A stretch of 64,000 nucleotides of DNA from the human T2T-CHM13v2.0 reference genome, Homo sapiens, in NCBI RefSeq assembly GCF_009914755.1, contig NC_060936.1, one strand, 5' to 3'. Position numbers and translations under genes: made by a program. The notes below the pieces were generated by a model. It was given only the letters and a program-made list of their open reading frames with translations, was not told the origin of the DNA and made no database searches. Positions within the stretch are counted from its first letter, which is position 1. Each line of letters begins with the position of its first letter. Positions 12,509 to 25,102 of this stretch are shown one piece after another.

Positions 12509-15500
12509 AAGAATATGTTTAAAAAATTATATCTGTGACAAGGTAGCTTCTGGTCTATATTTTACTGTTCAACATTGCCGAATTATGATCTCACTGGGTC
12601 ATATCTCAGATCGTCATCTTTTGTTAAATCAGAGTTATGAAACTAAAGTTCAAAGGAATTTATCAGTTTAAAAATTGGCAAAACTCAACTATTGCGTTAG
12701 AAATCAGAATGCTGATTACTTTTAGGGGAGTGATGACTGGAAGAGGCACAAGGGCGGCTGCTGGGTACTAGTAATGTAGTATTTTGTTTCTTGATCTGGG
12801 TGTTGGTTACATGGGTGTTCATTTTGTGAAAAGTTCTGCCTACTTCTGATACACCTCAAAATGATGTTAAGAAGTTTGAATCAATATCCATTAATTTCTC
12901 ATATCAAGATCTCCAGCTGAAAAAGTGTCTGAGGAAAGAGTCCCTCTACTGGAACCAATACACTGTCACTTCTACTTGGAGACTAATTCTTCCATTTAAT
13001 TCTTCCATTTCTTTAAACACTGTTTCTTCAGGAAAAGTAAAGTTACTCAAATTATTTTTCAGTATACCTTATTTAAAGGTGAAGATTCTTAATGCATGTA
13101 GGCATTTTCTCCACAGTCATAACCATGCTCATTTCAATTCCTTGCATAATGGGTTTGACTTACTCATGTGTTTCAATATGCCTTTATTAACGGAGCTAAC
13201 TCAAGTGAAGCACTTGGCAAGTACCTGGTAGATGATAATGACTCCATAATGGTAGCCATTATCATTCTTATTATCTGCCATGCACGCTACTGGAAGGATT
13301 AAACTTTTTCAAAGTCACCCTCTAAATAATTACTTAGTAGTGAAGAAACTTCTTAAATCTACTCCACATCTTTATATAGAAGAGAGTGTATACAATACAA
13401 TGAAGTAATAAGAATGATGGTAGAATTGACAATGTAGTCCACAGTTTCTCATGATGTTTTACATGTACAGTCAGCAAATATCCTTCAGTTTAATGGAGAA
13501 CACTGCACAAACACGACAAAGCCACATGCACTTTATGATACCACAAAGCTTAAGATTTTTCCAATAGTAGGAACATAGCTCAAGGTATCAATTGATGGAT
13601 TTCTTCACCTTTTCTTCCCCCTCTCCCATATAAAATTTCATTTCTTATAGTCTTAGGATCTTATACCCAACCCAACAGTGGAGCATGTGTCACTTATTGC
13701 TATGGAAGAAGAGAGAGCCACCTGACTTTATCACAGAAAGAAAGTCACTGAAGTTTCAGTAGCTGATTTAAATTTTAGACAAAAGATTCACATATATAAT
13801 TGCAAAGTGAGCTTGGTCTCCAAAAGTAAGATAAAAGTCCCAATGAGCACAAAATCCTGTGTGGAATTAACAAGATGAGAACACCAGATTTTCCTAAGTG
13901 TGGAACACCACCATCAGGAAATTCTCAGGCCCCACACCAGACTTAAAGAATCAGAAGCTCTCCAGGTGATTCTGGAGTATGCTGAAGTTTGAGAATTAAT
14001 ACTGGAGTCAACCAGTGCCAGGGAAGCTAAAAGGCAGGGCACGTGTAGGACATAGGGTTTTTGTTACACCAGCATATGAGCACACTCCTGGTGTAAAGAT
14101 CCACACACTTCAAGGATTAGATTTAAAAAGACATTTCACTGGTCAAATAACTTAGGCAACTGTGAAGTATTAAAAAATGTGGCACATAGACATTTACCAT
14201 ACCACTATAATTATAAGATATAATGTTATGTGCAAAAAAAGTGATATATACAAATACTATAAAATATATGCATGTACGTTTAAATATTAGTGGAAAATCA
14301 GACAGCTGAAACATTCTTAATATTGATGACTTCTAGAGAAAAATAGTGTGTTAGAGAAATGGAGAGGGTAGTTTAAGCTCTTGCTTGATAACCTTCTCTA
14401 ACTGCCTTTTTCCCCAAAAGCATTACTATTATAATACATATTTTTAAAGAAATTAAGAAGTCAAAAATGAAATTAAATACAAATTCTTTTTGTGACTAAC
14501 AAGTGGCTCACAAGCATTTACAGCTGTTTATTAATTTCAATTGATTCATCAAGTGGAATATCTATCTTGGGAAGAATAGGTTTGTTATATTCTGTATCTT
14601 GCTGTAAGGCGTCATGGCTCATCACATAAATTTCAGAATAGACCATGTAATTTGAAAAGGGAATCTACCAAAGCTTTTTCTGCGTCTCTGTACTCAATAC
14701 TAATATTTTCTTTTCTAATACATTAATTTTCACAAATTAATCGGCTACTCTTGAGGCATCTTTTCCATGGTACGTTCAATGCACTTTGATAGAATTCTTA
14801 TAAAAATAGGTTTTTGTAAGGGAGAGAAGGCCTAGACAGAACCAGGTGGTACTGAATTAGCATTGAAAATATTGTATGAACTCATGTTTAGCTTGATGTA
14901 GATACAGACAGATATATTTATATACATGGGTGAGTATACATTCCTATATTTTCTAGCTCTGTCAGCTGAGAGGGCCTAGGATCAACAATGTGCTACTAGC
15001 AACTACTATACCCAGCATCAGATCATGATTTATTATACCATTCTCCAAAAAAATGAACCAGGGCTCCTTGGAGAAATGGCTGGTGCTAGAACTGAGAAGG
15101 AAATACACATGATAGACCTAGAGTATCTTGCAGTGTTACAAAAGGATGAGGGAGTGTCAAAGAGACACAGAAAACAAAGGACTGGTCTCAAGCTCTGAAA
15201 GAGCTCACAATGGCCAAAGCTGGAACAATTTGAATGTGGGCTACCTTTACTGACTTGTTTCCCAAAAGTAAGTATGGAAAGGGGGAAAAATGTAACTTTA
15301 CATTAGAGAAACCTGGTAAACACTATCTCAGCCAGATGGTCAAGGTTAACATCAGTGATAAGTCATGTTGACTGTATGAACCCTTGATATATAATAAGAA
15401 TGGTATGCTACTTCTGTGGTCTTTCTTCCCCAAATCCATAACCTCAGTAAAACCTTGACAAAAATGTCAGACAAACTAAACTGAGGGACATAGGGATGTT

Positions 15501-15733
15501 CTACAAAAAAAACAGATGAGGTCTCCTCAAAATGACCAAGGGAAGTCTTAGAAGTTTACAGCCAAGAAGAGCCTGAGGAGACTTGACAACTAAACATAAT
15601 GAGCTGCCCTGAAGCAGCAACTACAATGACCTTGAGACAGGAACAAGCTCAGCACATCTGAGCAACAGAAAGACCCATGAGGCTGGCCTGCTGGGAGCAA
15701 GCAGGGAAATGATCAAGAAGGGGTCAGGAAAGT

Positions 15734-16005
15734 GGGGCACTGTGGGTCACGCCTGTAATCCCAGCACTTTGGGAAGCCAAGGTGGGAGGATTGCTTGAGT
15801 TCAAGAGTTCAAGACCAGTCTGTGCAACATAGCAAGACCCCGTGTCTTAAAAAAAAAAAGTCGGGCATGGTGGCATGTATCTGTAGTCCCAGCTGCTCAG
15901 AAGGTTGAGGTGGGAGGATCCCTTGAGCCCCACAGGTAAGACTAAAGTGAGCTATGATCATGCCACTGCATTCCAGTCTGTGACAGAGAGACTGGTTCTC
16001 AAAAC
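15734..16005 (+). mobile_element. AluJ-type element
   Basis: Diverged dimeric Alu. Confidence 0.85.
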
Positions 16006-16342
16006 AAGATGGGGTCAGGGAGGCAGGGAGTGGTTCTTGACCCTCTGCACATTAGAATCATTTGGGAAGCTTTTCAAAAATATCAATGCCCCAGAACCTA
16101 CTCACAAGGGATTGCTTTAGTCTGGATCGAAAACAAATTACAGTTATACACAGCCACATGGCTTACTCTACACAAGGTATTACGGAGATGAAGTAAGACA
16201 CAAGAATATAAACTACAATTGTTACATAAAGATCAAAACCAAGAAAAACCAAATGATATACTGCTTTAGGGATACATATATGTTAAAATCCCCCAAAAGC
16301 AAAGGTATGAATATAGCATTTAAGAAATTTAGCATAGTATTT

Positions 16343-17214
16343 TTTTCTCTTTTGATTTTTTAAAAATTTTAAGTTCTGGGATACATGTGCAGAATCTGCA
16401 GGTTTGTTATATAGGTATACATCTGCCACAGTGGTTTGCTGCACTTATCAACCTGTCATCTAGGTTTTAAGCCCCACATGCATTAGGTATTTGTCCTAAT
16501 GCTCTCCCTCCCCTTGTCTCCCACCCCCTGTGTTTTTCCCCTCCCTGTGTCCATGTGTTCTCATTGTTCAACTCCCACTTATGAGTGAGAACATGCATTG
16601 TTTGGTTTTCTGTTCCTGTGTTAGTTCGCTGAGAATGATGGCTTCCAGCTTTATCCATGTCCCTGCAAAGGAGATGATCTCATTCTTTTTTATGATTGCA
16701 TAGTATTCCATGGTATATATGTGCCACATTTTCTTTAACCAATCTATCATTGATGGGCATTTGAGTTGGTTCCAAGTCTTTGCTATTGTGAATAGTGCTG
16801 CAATAAACATATGTGTGCATGTGTCTTTATAGTAGAATTATTTATAATCTTTTGGGTATATACCCAGTAATGTGATTGCTAGGTCAATTGGTATTTCTGG
16901 TTCTAGGTCCTTGAGGAATCGCCACACTGTCTTCCACAATGGTTGAACTAATTTACATTCCCACCAACAGTGTAAAAGCGTTCCTATTTCTCTACATCCA
17001 CTCCAGCATCTGTTGTTTCCTGACTTTTTAATAATCACCATTCTGATGGGTGTGAGATGGTATCTCATTGTGGTTTTGATTTGCATTTCTCTAATGACCA
17101 GTGATATTGAGCTTTTTTTCATTTATTTGTTGGCCACATAAATGTCTTTTTTGAGAAGTGTCTGTTCATATCCTTTGCCCACTTTTTGATGGGGTTGTTA
17201 GTTTTTTTCCTTGT
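16343..17214 (-). mobile_element. 5'-truncated L1PA
   Basis: ORF2 C-terminal peptides in the ORF track; 18-bp TSD aaatttagcatagtattt at 16325-16342 and 17215-17232. Confidence 0.95.
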
Positions 17215-17933
17215 AAATTTAGCATAGTATTTCTTAAGAGGGATTCTAAGGGGTCTCGAAAGGTGAGTATAAAGATTCTTCCTAAACTGGATGCTGGGAA
17301 TACAAATGCTCATTTAACATTAATATCTATTCTTTAAACTACAAATATATTATGTATATTATTTCATATAATGGAAGACTTCACAATTTAAGAACATTTA
17401 AAACTTAACCAAAATTTTATTTCCCCAGTAGTGCAATAATCAAGGCGGTAGGTTATTCTATTGTGGTCTCCACTGACATGATCCATATTTGCAAAGGAAC
17501 AATCCTAAACCAATCTGGTGGAAGGTGGCTTGTGTGGTAAGGCGTCTGGAATTACTAACAACCAACAGTGGAACTATGAGCACTTAGCTTAAAGATTAAA
17601 CTAAAGGGGAACATGAGAGGAGTCTTCAAATATAGAAAGAAGAACCTGACTTAGTTTTGGAACTACAGTACATTTAGACCAGTGGATTTCTGCAATTGGG
17701 AAGCAAAACAAAATAAGAGATCTATTTAAACGGGATAAGCAGTCAAGATTTGATTAACTTTTCCTTCACTGACATTGTTTAAATAGTAGCTAGATGGCTA
17801 TGCAGAAGAAACACTAAAAGAAGATTCTCGCTCTAGAATTAGTCTGGATGATCTTAGTAGTCAGCCTTGTGTCCTAGGCATTACTTACAAATGCATGTGC
17901 TAAATAGGTTGGTAAAATACCAGTTTCACTCAC

Positions 17934-18114
17934 AATTGCACACAGTGGGCTGCGGTCAGAATCCACACTGGGTTGATGATGGCACCTCCACATTGGTAAT
18001 CGCCTAGAAACCTCAGACCCACCTGCCATGGCCAACAGTGGGGGCAGGCTTCTTCCCCTCCTGCGATTCTTCTGGAAAGCCACTGGGGACTAAATGGAGG
18101 GATGCCACAGACAT
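17934..18114 (-). CDS. OVCH1: OVCH1 exon 16 (protease domain 2: DVCGIP...RR|IAGG...WPWQV...CGGA...TAAHCVQ)
   Basis: R|IAGG activation site and catalytic His; TAG acceptor, GTGAG donor; 181 nt. Confidence 0.96.
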
Positions 18115-19160
18115 CTACAGTAAAGATGAAACCAATGACCCATAAGGTTGCAGTAATTTAGAACATACTCCTCCAATAGCTTGCCATAGTTAACAGTAGT
18201 GATTCTCAAACATCAGATAGGCTTTATAATAATATTGACTCCCAAAACTCACCTCTGAAAAATCTGATTTTAAGAAGCCTTCCCAGACTATGCTAGGCAA
18301 CCAGAATTTTAGGGACTGGCCTACAGAATTTTATTTATTCATTTAGCAAATATTTATTTAGTGCTTGCCATTTGCTACGCACTGTTCCAGACATTGGTGA
18401 TATATTATTGGTGGAATAGAATAGATGATAAAAATACTGGCCCCCATGGAACTTACATTCTAGTAGGAAAATTTCAAGTTTGTTAGCAGAGTACATAAGG
18501 TTCTTCATTATATCTTCTTGTTTTAGTTCTTGTTCTCACTGTATGAATCCATGTATCAATCCTCAAACATATCAAATTTGCTCAGGCATCTAAATGCTGT
18601 TCTCTTATCAGGAATTGATGAGACCCATAGCCCAAGCACTAATCTCTAGGAAGCCTTCTCCAACCCTCCAGCAACAGGCAGATATTTTCTTCTCTAATAG
18701 CTCCTTGTGCAACTTTCTATTCCAGTCCATCAACTTGAACATATTCAATACATGTATGTGGAACAATGAGGGATCATAGTATTTACCCAGATGCCTTAGA
18801 GCATAAGGAAATTAAAAGACGCCAGTGTGAATTTAAAATAAAAAACCTTTGTTTTCTCTCTTTGCCCCACACTGACTATAGAAGTCATTTTAAATATTAA
18901 GTTTGTAGAGGAATGAATGAGGACAAAACATTGCTTTATACCCTTTTCTTCCTAACCTAAAGCTCATTTGTTCTTCCCTCTATTTATGAGTCTAACTATA
19001 AATCCAAATATGACTCTGGACGTTTTATGGACCTAAATATAAGACTCATTCTTCTTCACTGTGGAGTTATAGCCAATGTAAGATAAGGGCTTCCAAAAGA
19101 GACATCTAGTTAATGAAGAAACAAGATCAAACAGATAGTAATAACATGTCACCAACTCAC

Positions 19161-19235
19161 CATGCAGAATAGCTTTTACGGTAGATACAGGATTGTTTTG
19201 GGGAGGTAACTTTGGTTCAAATTTGTTTAAAGACT
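19161..19235 (-). CDS. OVCH1: OVCH1 exon 15 (linker ESLNKFEPKLPPQNNPVSTVKAILH)
   Basis: Long polypyrimidine tract plus CAG acceptor, GTGAG donor; 75 nt, symmetric phase 1. Confidence 0.9.
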
Positions 19236-19820
19236 CTGTAGAAGAAAAAAAAATTTAATTGAAAGTAATTAGAGAAGTTGCACTAACTGACCCCACTTGC
19301 TTACCCTGGTAAATCATAAAACTACTCTACTGTAGATCTCACTAACACTACCATTCATACACTAGATGCCAGATCCCAGAAATGTGATTTCTTGTATATC
19401 TGTTAATATCCCTGTTCCATCTGGCTCTTTTAAGCACTTCTTCCTTCCTTGGTTTCTTGATATTAATCTCATGGTTTTCCTTATACATTGATGGCTGTTT
19501 TCAATATCAGTCTTTTTTTCAGGATCTCATTGTTTAGCCTGAAAAGATATTGCCAAGGTAATGTTCATTACTCCATTTTTATTCATCTACATGTAGATGA
19601 CTTCCAAATTTCTCTCTTCAATCTAAATCTCTTTCCTGAATCCTAGACCTAAGACTTTTAGATATCCCCACTTGGATTTCCCACAAGCTAATATCTACGT
19701 GTCTTAAATTGAACCAAATGATTTTAAGAGTCAATACAGTCTTGTTCTTACATTTCTCTATCATCTAGTGGCTTCTACCACTCACCTCGCCATTCAAGCT
19801 AGGATCTTGAAAATCATATT

Positions 19821-20200
19821 TGTGATGGTTAATACTGAGTGTCAACTTGATTGGATTGAGGGACACAAAGTATTAATCCTGGGTGTGTCTGTGTGGGTGT
19901 TGCCAAAAGAATTTAACATTTGAGTTAGTGGGCTGGGGAAGGCAGATCCACCCTTAATCTGGTGGGCACAATCTAATCAGCTTCCAGCTAACATAAAGCA
20001 GGCAGAAAAACATGTAAAGAGAGATGGGCCTAGCCTCCCAGCCTACATCTTTCTTCCATGCTGGATGCTTCCTGCCCTAGAACACTGGACTCCAAGTTCT
20101 TCAGTTTTGGGACTCGGACTGGCTTTCCTTGCTCCTCAGCTTGCAGACAGCCTACTGTGGGACCTTGTGATCATGTAAGTTAATACTTAATAAACACACA

Positions 20201-20253
<53 letters not shown>

Positions 20254-20284
20254 CTGTCCCTCTAAGAGAACCCTGACTAATACA
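19821..20284 (+). mobile_element. MLT2A (HERV-L) solo LTR with internal (CA)n
   Basis: Starts TGTGATGGTTAATACTGAGTGTCAACTTGATTGGATTGA and ends CCCTGACTAATACA. Confidence 0.9.
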
Positions 20285-20983
20285 ACACTGGACTTGTCTT
20301 CCTTCATATATTCCATCCCTACTATATATATAATAAAACAATACGTATAGAATAAATTCTTTACAATGATTTTCTCAGTACTTTTCTTGCATGTAAGTTC
20401 ATTCATAATCTTCCAGGTTACTCTGGAGTCAGAGAGGCCAAGTTCTGACTCCACCTCTTGCCAGCTGTGTATCTTTGGGAACGTTACTTAACTTCTCAAA
20501 GCCTCACTTCCCTCACTGGTGAGAGGAGAGCAATGCACATAACTCCTATGTATGTAAGGAGGAATAAATGAGATAATGCATGTGAAATGCTTAGTGAATA
20601 CCTGCTACAGGGCAAGTAATCAAAAGTTAGCTAGCTATCCTATCACTCTGGCACTTATAATTTAATGCCTCATGTTCAACATGATCTCACTCCTGCCTTT
20701 TCTATTATTCCCTCCAAAACTCAAAACATGTAGAGTTACTTGTAGTTTTCTTATACGTTGTCCATTCTCTTTTGTGAGGGTTTCTGCATATGATATTCTT
20801 TTTGTCTGAGTAGCACGTACTTTATCTTCCAGAGTGCCAGGATACCTATTAATTCTTCAAAGCCCCCTAACTTGGTAAAATAGAGTCAGTCAATCTCATT
20901 TCTGAATTACCTTCTTTAATCCTAATTCTATTGTTTCTGTATGTGGCATGTGGAATCTTTATGTTCCAGTGGATGCCATTTCT

Positions 20984-21125
20984 TGAGCATTAACTGAGGT
21001 GCTTCCTAAAGCACAGATTCCTGGGCCCCATCCCAGATCTACAGAATCTAGGTTTCTAGGGGTGGATCCAGAAATCTGCATTTTTGTTATGCTTACCAAG
21101 GGGATTGCTATACTACATTGAGGTA
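20984..21125. mobile_element. MER5-like hAT MITE
   Basis: cagattcctgggccccatcccaga...aaatctgcattttt motifs. Confidence 0.6.
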
Positions 21126-21199
21126 AACATGGCTAAATTATCTTCCCTGTAACCATTTGCATAAACAAAAGTCCTTATTACACAAATGTTTATACTCAC

Positions 21200-21328
21200 C
21201 TGAGGGCAAAATGGTAAATCTAGCCTTGAAGCCTTGTAAACGATTTTTACCATCACTTTTAAAGTATATCACCGTCATGTTACTAGAACTGAATATTGAA
21301 GTGATGGTCAACATTCCACAAAGTTTAG
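21200..21328 (-). CDS. OVCH1: OVCH1 exon 14 (end of CUB2: KLCGML...FKSDG...GFKARFTILPS)
   Basis: LCG, FKSD and GFKA motifs; CAG acceptor, GTGAG donor; 129 nt. Confidence 0.95.
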
Positions 21329-22343
21329 CTGAAAAAATTTTAGGAAAGTTTGATTTATAGTTATATTTTTAAAAAATCAGAACACACAGTAAAATAATCA
21401 CCCAATTTTCTAATCAACTACTTTAGTTTTCTCCAACTTTGATTTGTATGCACCCTTACATCTCATGTGAGAATTAAATGTTAGTTTCACAATAACAATG
21501 CGCTGTAATTTTAATTGCACAGAAAAAGCTCTAAAATAAGGACATTTGATTTCCAGTACGCCCGGAAACTCAACTGGTTATTACTTTGTAGACAATAAGA
21601 AGAGGTAGGTTTAAAAAAAAAACACCCAAGTTGGTGTATTCCTTCTTCCAAAGAGGACATAAGCATACTTTATAAGAGAGGTAACACTCGAAGTCACTTT
21701 CATGAAAACCTCACACTATACATGCACTGTTATGCAGAATTATGGCATTGTGCTCTCACTAACCTGCCCTTAATGTCTAAATAAATATTCCAAACCAATC
21801 TATAATCCTAGCCTCTAACCCACAAAAACATCTAGCTGAGGGACAGATACTAGGTCCTGAAAAAGTGGTTAGAGGGCTGGAAGTTAAATCTTCAAACTCA
21901 GTAAATTGTTAGGTCACGATTAAAAGTATATTTGAAGTTTTAAAAGTCTTAAAATTAATTGTCAGACCCACGTAGAAATTATAGCTTTTGGTTACTTTTC
22001 CTGGACACAAATACCAAAATATCAGCAACAGAAGGAATTAATACAGAAAGCAGGAAGCTGTAAAATTTACCTTAAATAATTGCAGTTTCTCTGGCGACTG
22101 CCTTTTCACCTTACATGCAGTCTGAAACAATCTTTACATTTTGCACATTTCCATTAAAAACTTTACTGGCGAATTAGTTGCTGGCTCATAGGTTTTAAAG
22201 CTAAAGTTGTATGGCATTCTGAGTTTCCAAAGCAAGAAATTCACATTCCCACTCTACGTTCTGGTACCCAAGGAAGCCAGCCCATGTTGCCACTACTCTG
22301 ATTCGTCTAACACTTTCATATTTAAAGGGTGAAGTCTACCTAC

Positions 22344-22437
22344 CTAACTTGTGCTTTTCTTCAGAATCACCGTAAATCACAACAGCATCATAAATACAGT
22401 TTGGACTAAATTTGACAGCAAAGTCCTCAAATGTCAA
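22344..22437 (-). CDS. OVCH1: OVCH1 exon 13 (CUB2: LTFEDFAVKFSPNCIYDAVVIYGDSEEKHKL)
   Basis: L.F..F and C.YD motifs; CAG acceptor, GTAGG donor; 94 nt. Confidence 0.95.
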
Positions 22438-22880
22438 CTGTGCAAATGGAAACATAACCAGGGAAATGGTCAAAGAAGAGAAGAGAGAAGCTTAAAGGGT
22501 TTTCCTCTGTGTATTTAAAGGCTCTTTGTCACATCCTCATATGCCTTCACATAGAAGTGTAAATAATTGCAGTCTCTTTGAAGGGCAATTTGGCAACGAC
22601 TACCAGGTTTAAATGTGCAAACCCTTTGACCCAGCGAATCTAATTCTGGGAATTATACATATCCACATGTATCCAAAGGCACTGGCAGATATTCATGGCA
22701 CCATGGCTGGCATGACCAAAGACTGGAAGCTCAGTAAACACCTGCTAATAGGGAACTGGTTTAATGTGTTCTGAAATATCATACAATATTTTATGCAGTT
22801 ATTAAGAAGAGCTCTGTGGGCTCATCTGGAAAGATCTTTGAGATATTTTTCAGTGACCAAGGCATTGCCAAGCAGCATAA

Positions 22881-22944
22881 GTACACACGCGCGCGCGCGC
22901 GCACACACACACACGCACGCACACACACACACACACACACACGT
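22881..22944. repeat. Compound (CG)7/(CA)n microsatellite
   Basis: Unbroken purine-pyrimidine alternation. Confidence 0.95.
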
Positions 22945-23235
22945 TAGTAAATGCTCAAAATACCTCCCAAGGACACTAGTAAGTTATCAGTGTTTGCCTC
23001 CAGGGGTAGAATGGGAATCTGATGAGGAGCCTTACTTTTCATTGGATACACTTTTAAACCACTGAAAGTTTTCAAAACCACTCACAGAGATTTCTTTTCA
23101 GAGTAAAAAAAAATGGCAAATGGCTAAAAGAAGCTCCTAGTCATAATGGCAATTTAACAATCCAGATGAATTAAGTTCTGCCTAACTAACGTAACTCTAT
23201 TCTTTATGAGGTAGAGCGATTCCTCAGTTGCCTAC

Positions 23236-23366
23236 CTTTATAATGTGCTTCTCTGGAGCACAAATGAACCAATGACACCTTGTGTTACTGGGATACAAAT
23301 CAGGATACTTGGCAGAGTGATTTGTCCCTTCTTCTACCAATATAGCCAGACTCCCACAACCTGACC
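23236..23366 (-). CDS. OVCH1: OVCH1 exon 12 (start of CUB2: GSGCGSL...YPDLYPSNTRCHWFICAPEKHIIK)
   Basis: YP..YP.N..C.W.I motif; CAG acceptor, GTAGG donor; 131 nt. Confidence 0.95.
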
Positions 23367-23474
23367 CTGTGGAAGCATTGGGGAAATTCAAAGTGAATGG
23401 CCAAAGACATTTTCTCCTCTTCCCCACCCACATCAAGGGAAAATGGCAAGGAATTAAATACCTGAAACACTCAC

Positions 23475-23612
23475 CTGCTTCTGACTTCTGTACAGCAGTA
23501 ACGGTAAGCTCAAAGCCACTGCCACTGTCTTCTGTATCAGAAACAAATGGAACCATGGCCTCACTGGTCTCTGCCAGCAATGGTGAAGGCAATATTTTTC
23601 CACAGACCTTAC
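23475..23612 (-). CDS. OVCH1: OVCH1 exon 11 (end of CUB1: KVCGKILPSP...FVSD...GFELTVTAVQKSEA)
   Basis: CG, F.SD and GF motifs; AAG acceptor, GTGAG donor; 138 nt. Confidence 0.93.
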
Positions 23613-24794
23613 CTTAAAAGAAGAGAAGGAAAGTGAAATAACATTACTAAAAAGTGGTGGAAACTTACACGTTTGTTTTGTTTTCCATCGTCTTCCATGA
23701 GAGATCTCTGATCTAAACACACTAAACTATTTAATGGTCCTTTGATCATTCAACATTCCCTGCTTCAGTGACTTTGCTATTCCAGTCTCCTTCTCAACCC
23801 CCCAGTCTCACATGTCCAAATTCTACTTATTCTTCAGGGCCTAACTCAAAATTCAGCTCTCTGATAAACTCTACCAGACAACCACTGGAAATAAGAGCTA
23901 CCTTTTTTGAATCAGCGCAGCACTTCCCTGTTCTAATGGCATTTCCTACTTTGTTTTACACCTTTGATTACCTCAAACTACAAAGTTATTTGGGCAGAGT
24001 GCTTTTTCTCAAAAAACGTCCAGTACCTGCTATGATATATACAGTTAATTTTTAACAAATGATTGGTTGAAAGAATAATTACTGTGTAAATAGCAGGCCT
24101 GAGCATGAAATAATTTAGACAATAAATATTATAACCCCTAGTACAATACTTTGTCTATAACTTCCTGTCAAATATGTGTGAAGAGACATTTGTCCTAACC
24201 ATTGGCCTTATAGAGAACTAGAGATCCAGGTCTATACCAGCTGTGGAGAGCTTCTATCATGGTTAACACAGAGTATTTCAACAAAATTAGATATATTGGT
24301 TATGTTTATGTAGCTTATAAGAGGTATTCAATAAAATAAATTGAATGACATGAAATGATCAATTGTGTTATGAGAAGGAAATTACATCAAACAATGTAAA
24401 GTTCAAAGTGTATGTGTAAATAGATACACCTGTAAGTGCTGGTAGAGATTATCTCTAGGTGACAGGGTTATGAATGGTTTCTACTTTCTTCCTTTGGCTC
24501 ATCTGTATTTACCAAATTTGGTAAACATGTACCCACTTTTGTGATAAAAATAATAAAAAAAACTGCCTCAAAAGGAAGTTTTCTGACAACTGTGACATCA
24601 ATTGCATTCAATACTGTTAGTGAACTTGAGAAAGGAATGTGGGATCTGGTTCCTAACTTAGAAAAACACTGAAAAGAATGGTCAGTGTGTTGATCACTGT
24701 CTCCACTCTTACTCCCTCCCCTTAACCCTTCTAGAAGGGAAAAGTCTGTAAGATAAGATCATTGCCCTTGGTAGAATAAAAGAAATTTTATTTT

Positions 24795-24882
24795 TTTATT
24801 TTTGTTTTTTTGAGTAAAGTGAAAGCAAGTTTATTAGGAAAGTAAAGGAATAAATAATGGCTACTCCATAGGCAGAGCAGCC
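24795..24882 (-). mobile_element. Poly(A)-tailed retrocopy of an ERV1 LTR (MER41-like) R-region
   Basis: GGCTGCTCTGCCTATGGAGTAGCC...AATAAACTTGCTTTCACTTTACTC plus A-tail; TSD agaaattttatttt at 24781-24794 and 24883-24896. Confidence 0.8.
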
Positions 24883-24968
24883 AGAAATTTTATTTTAGAT
24901 CCTTTAGCATCTCTTTGGTCTTTCAGATACTCTAAAATGACAAATAAAAACAAATGTAACATACTTAC

Positions 24969-25102
24969 TAAAAAGCACTCCACTGCTTGATCGTAAAGAT
25001 ACATAGTCATGATCACATCCAACTTGCTTTTCCATGTCTAAACTTGTAAATTTTATCAGGATTATTTTATCTTCTGGTACCATTATTTTCCAAACATATA
25101 AG
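24969..25102 (-). CDS. OVCH1: OVCH1 exon 10 (CUB1: LYVWKIMVPEDKIILIKFTSLDMEKQVGCDHDYVSLRSSSGVLF)
   Basis: CUB motifs W.I.VP..K.I.I.F..LD and C..DYV; CAG acceptor, GTAAGT donor; 134 nt. Confidence 0.9.

Noticed and set aside
16467-17313. Reverse-transcriptase-gene-like ORFs (also 4283-4781 and 11939-12175)
   Set aside because: Fragmented L1 ORF2 C-termini from truncated, dead insertions; not a novel retroelement
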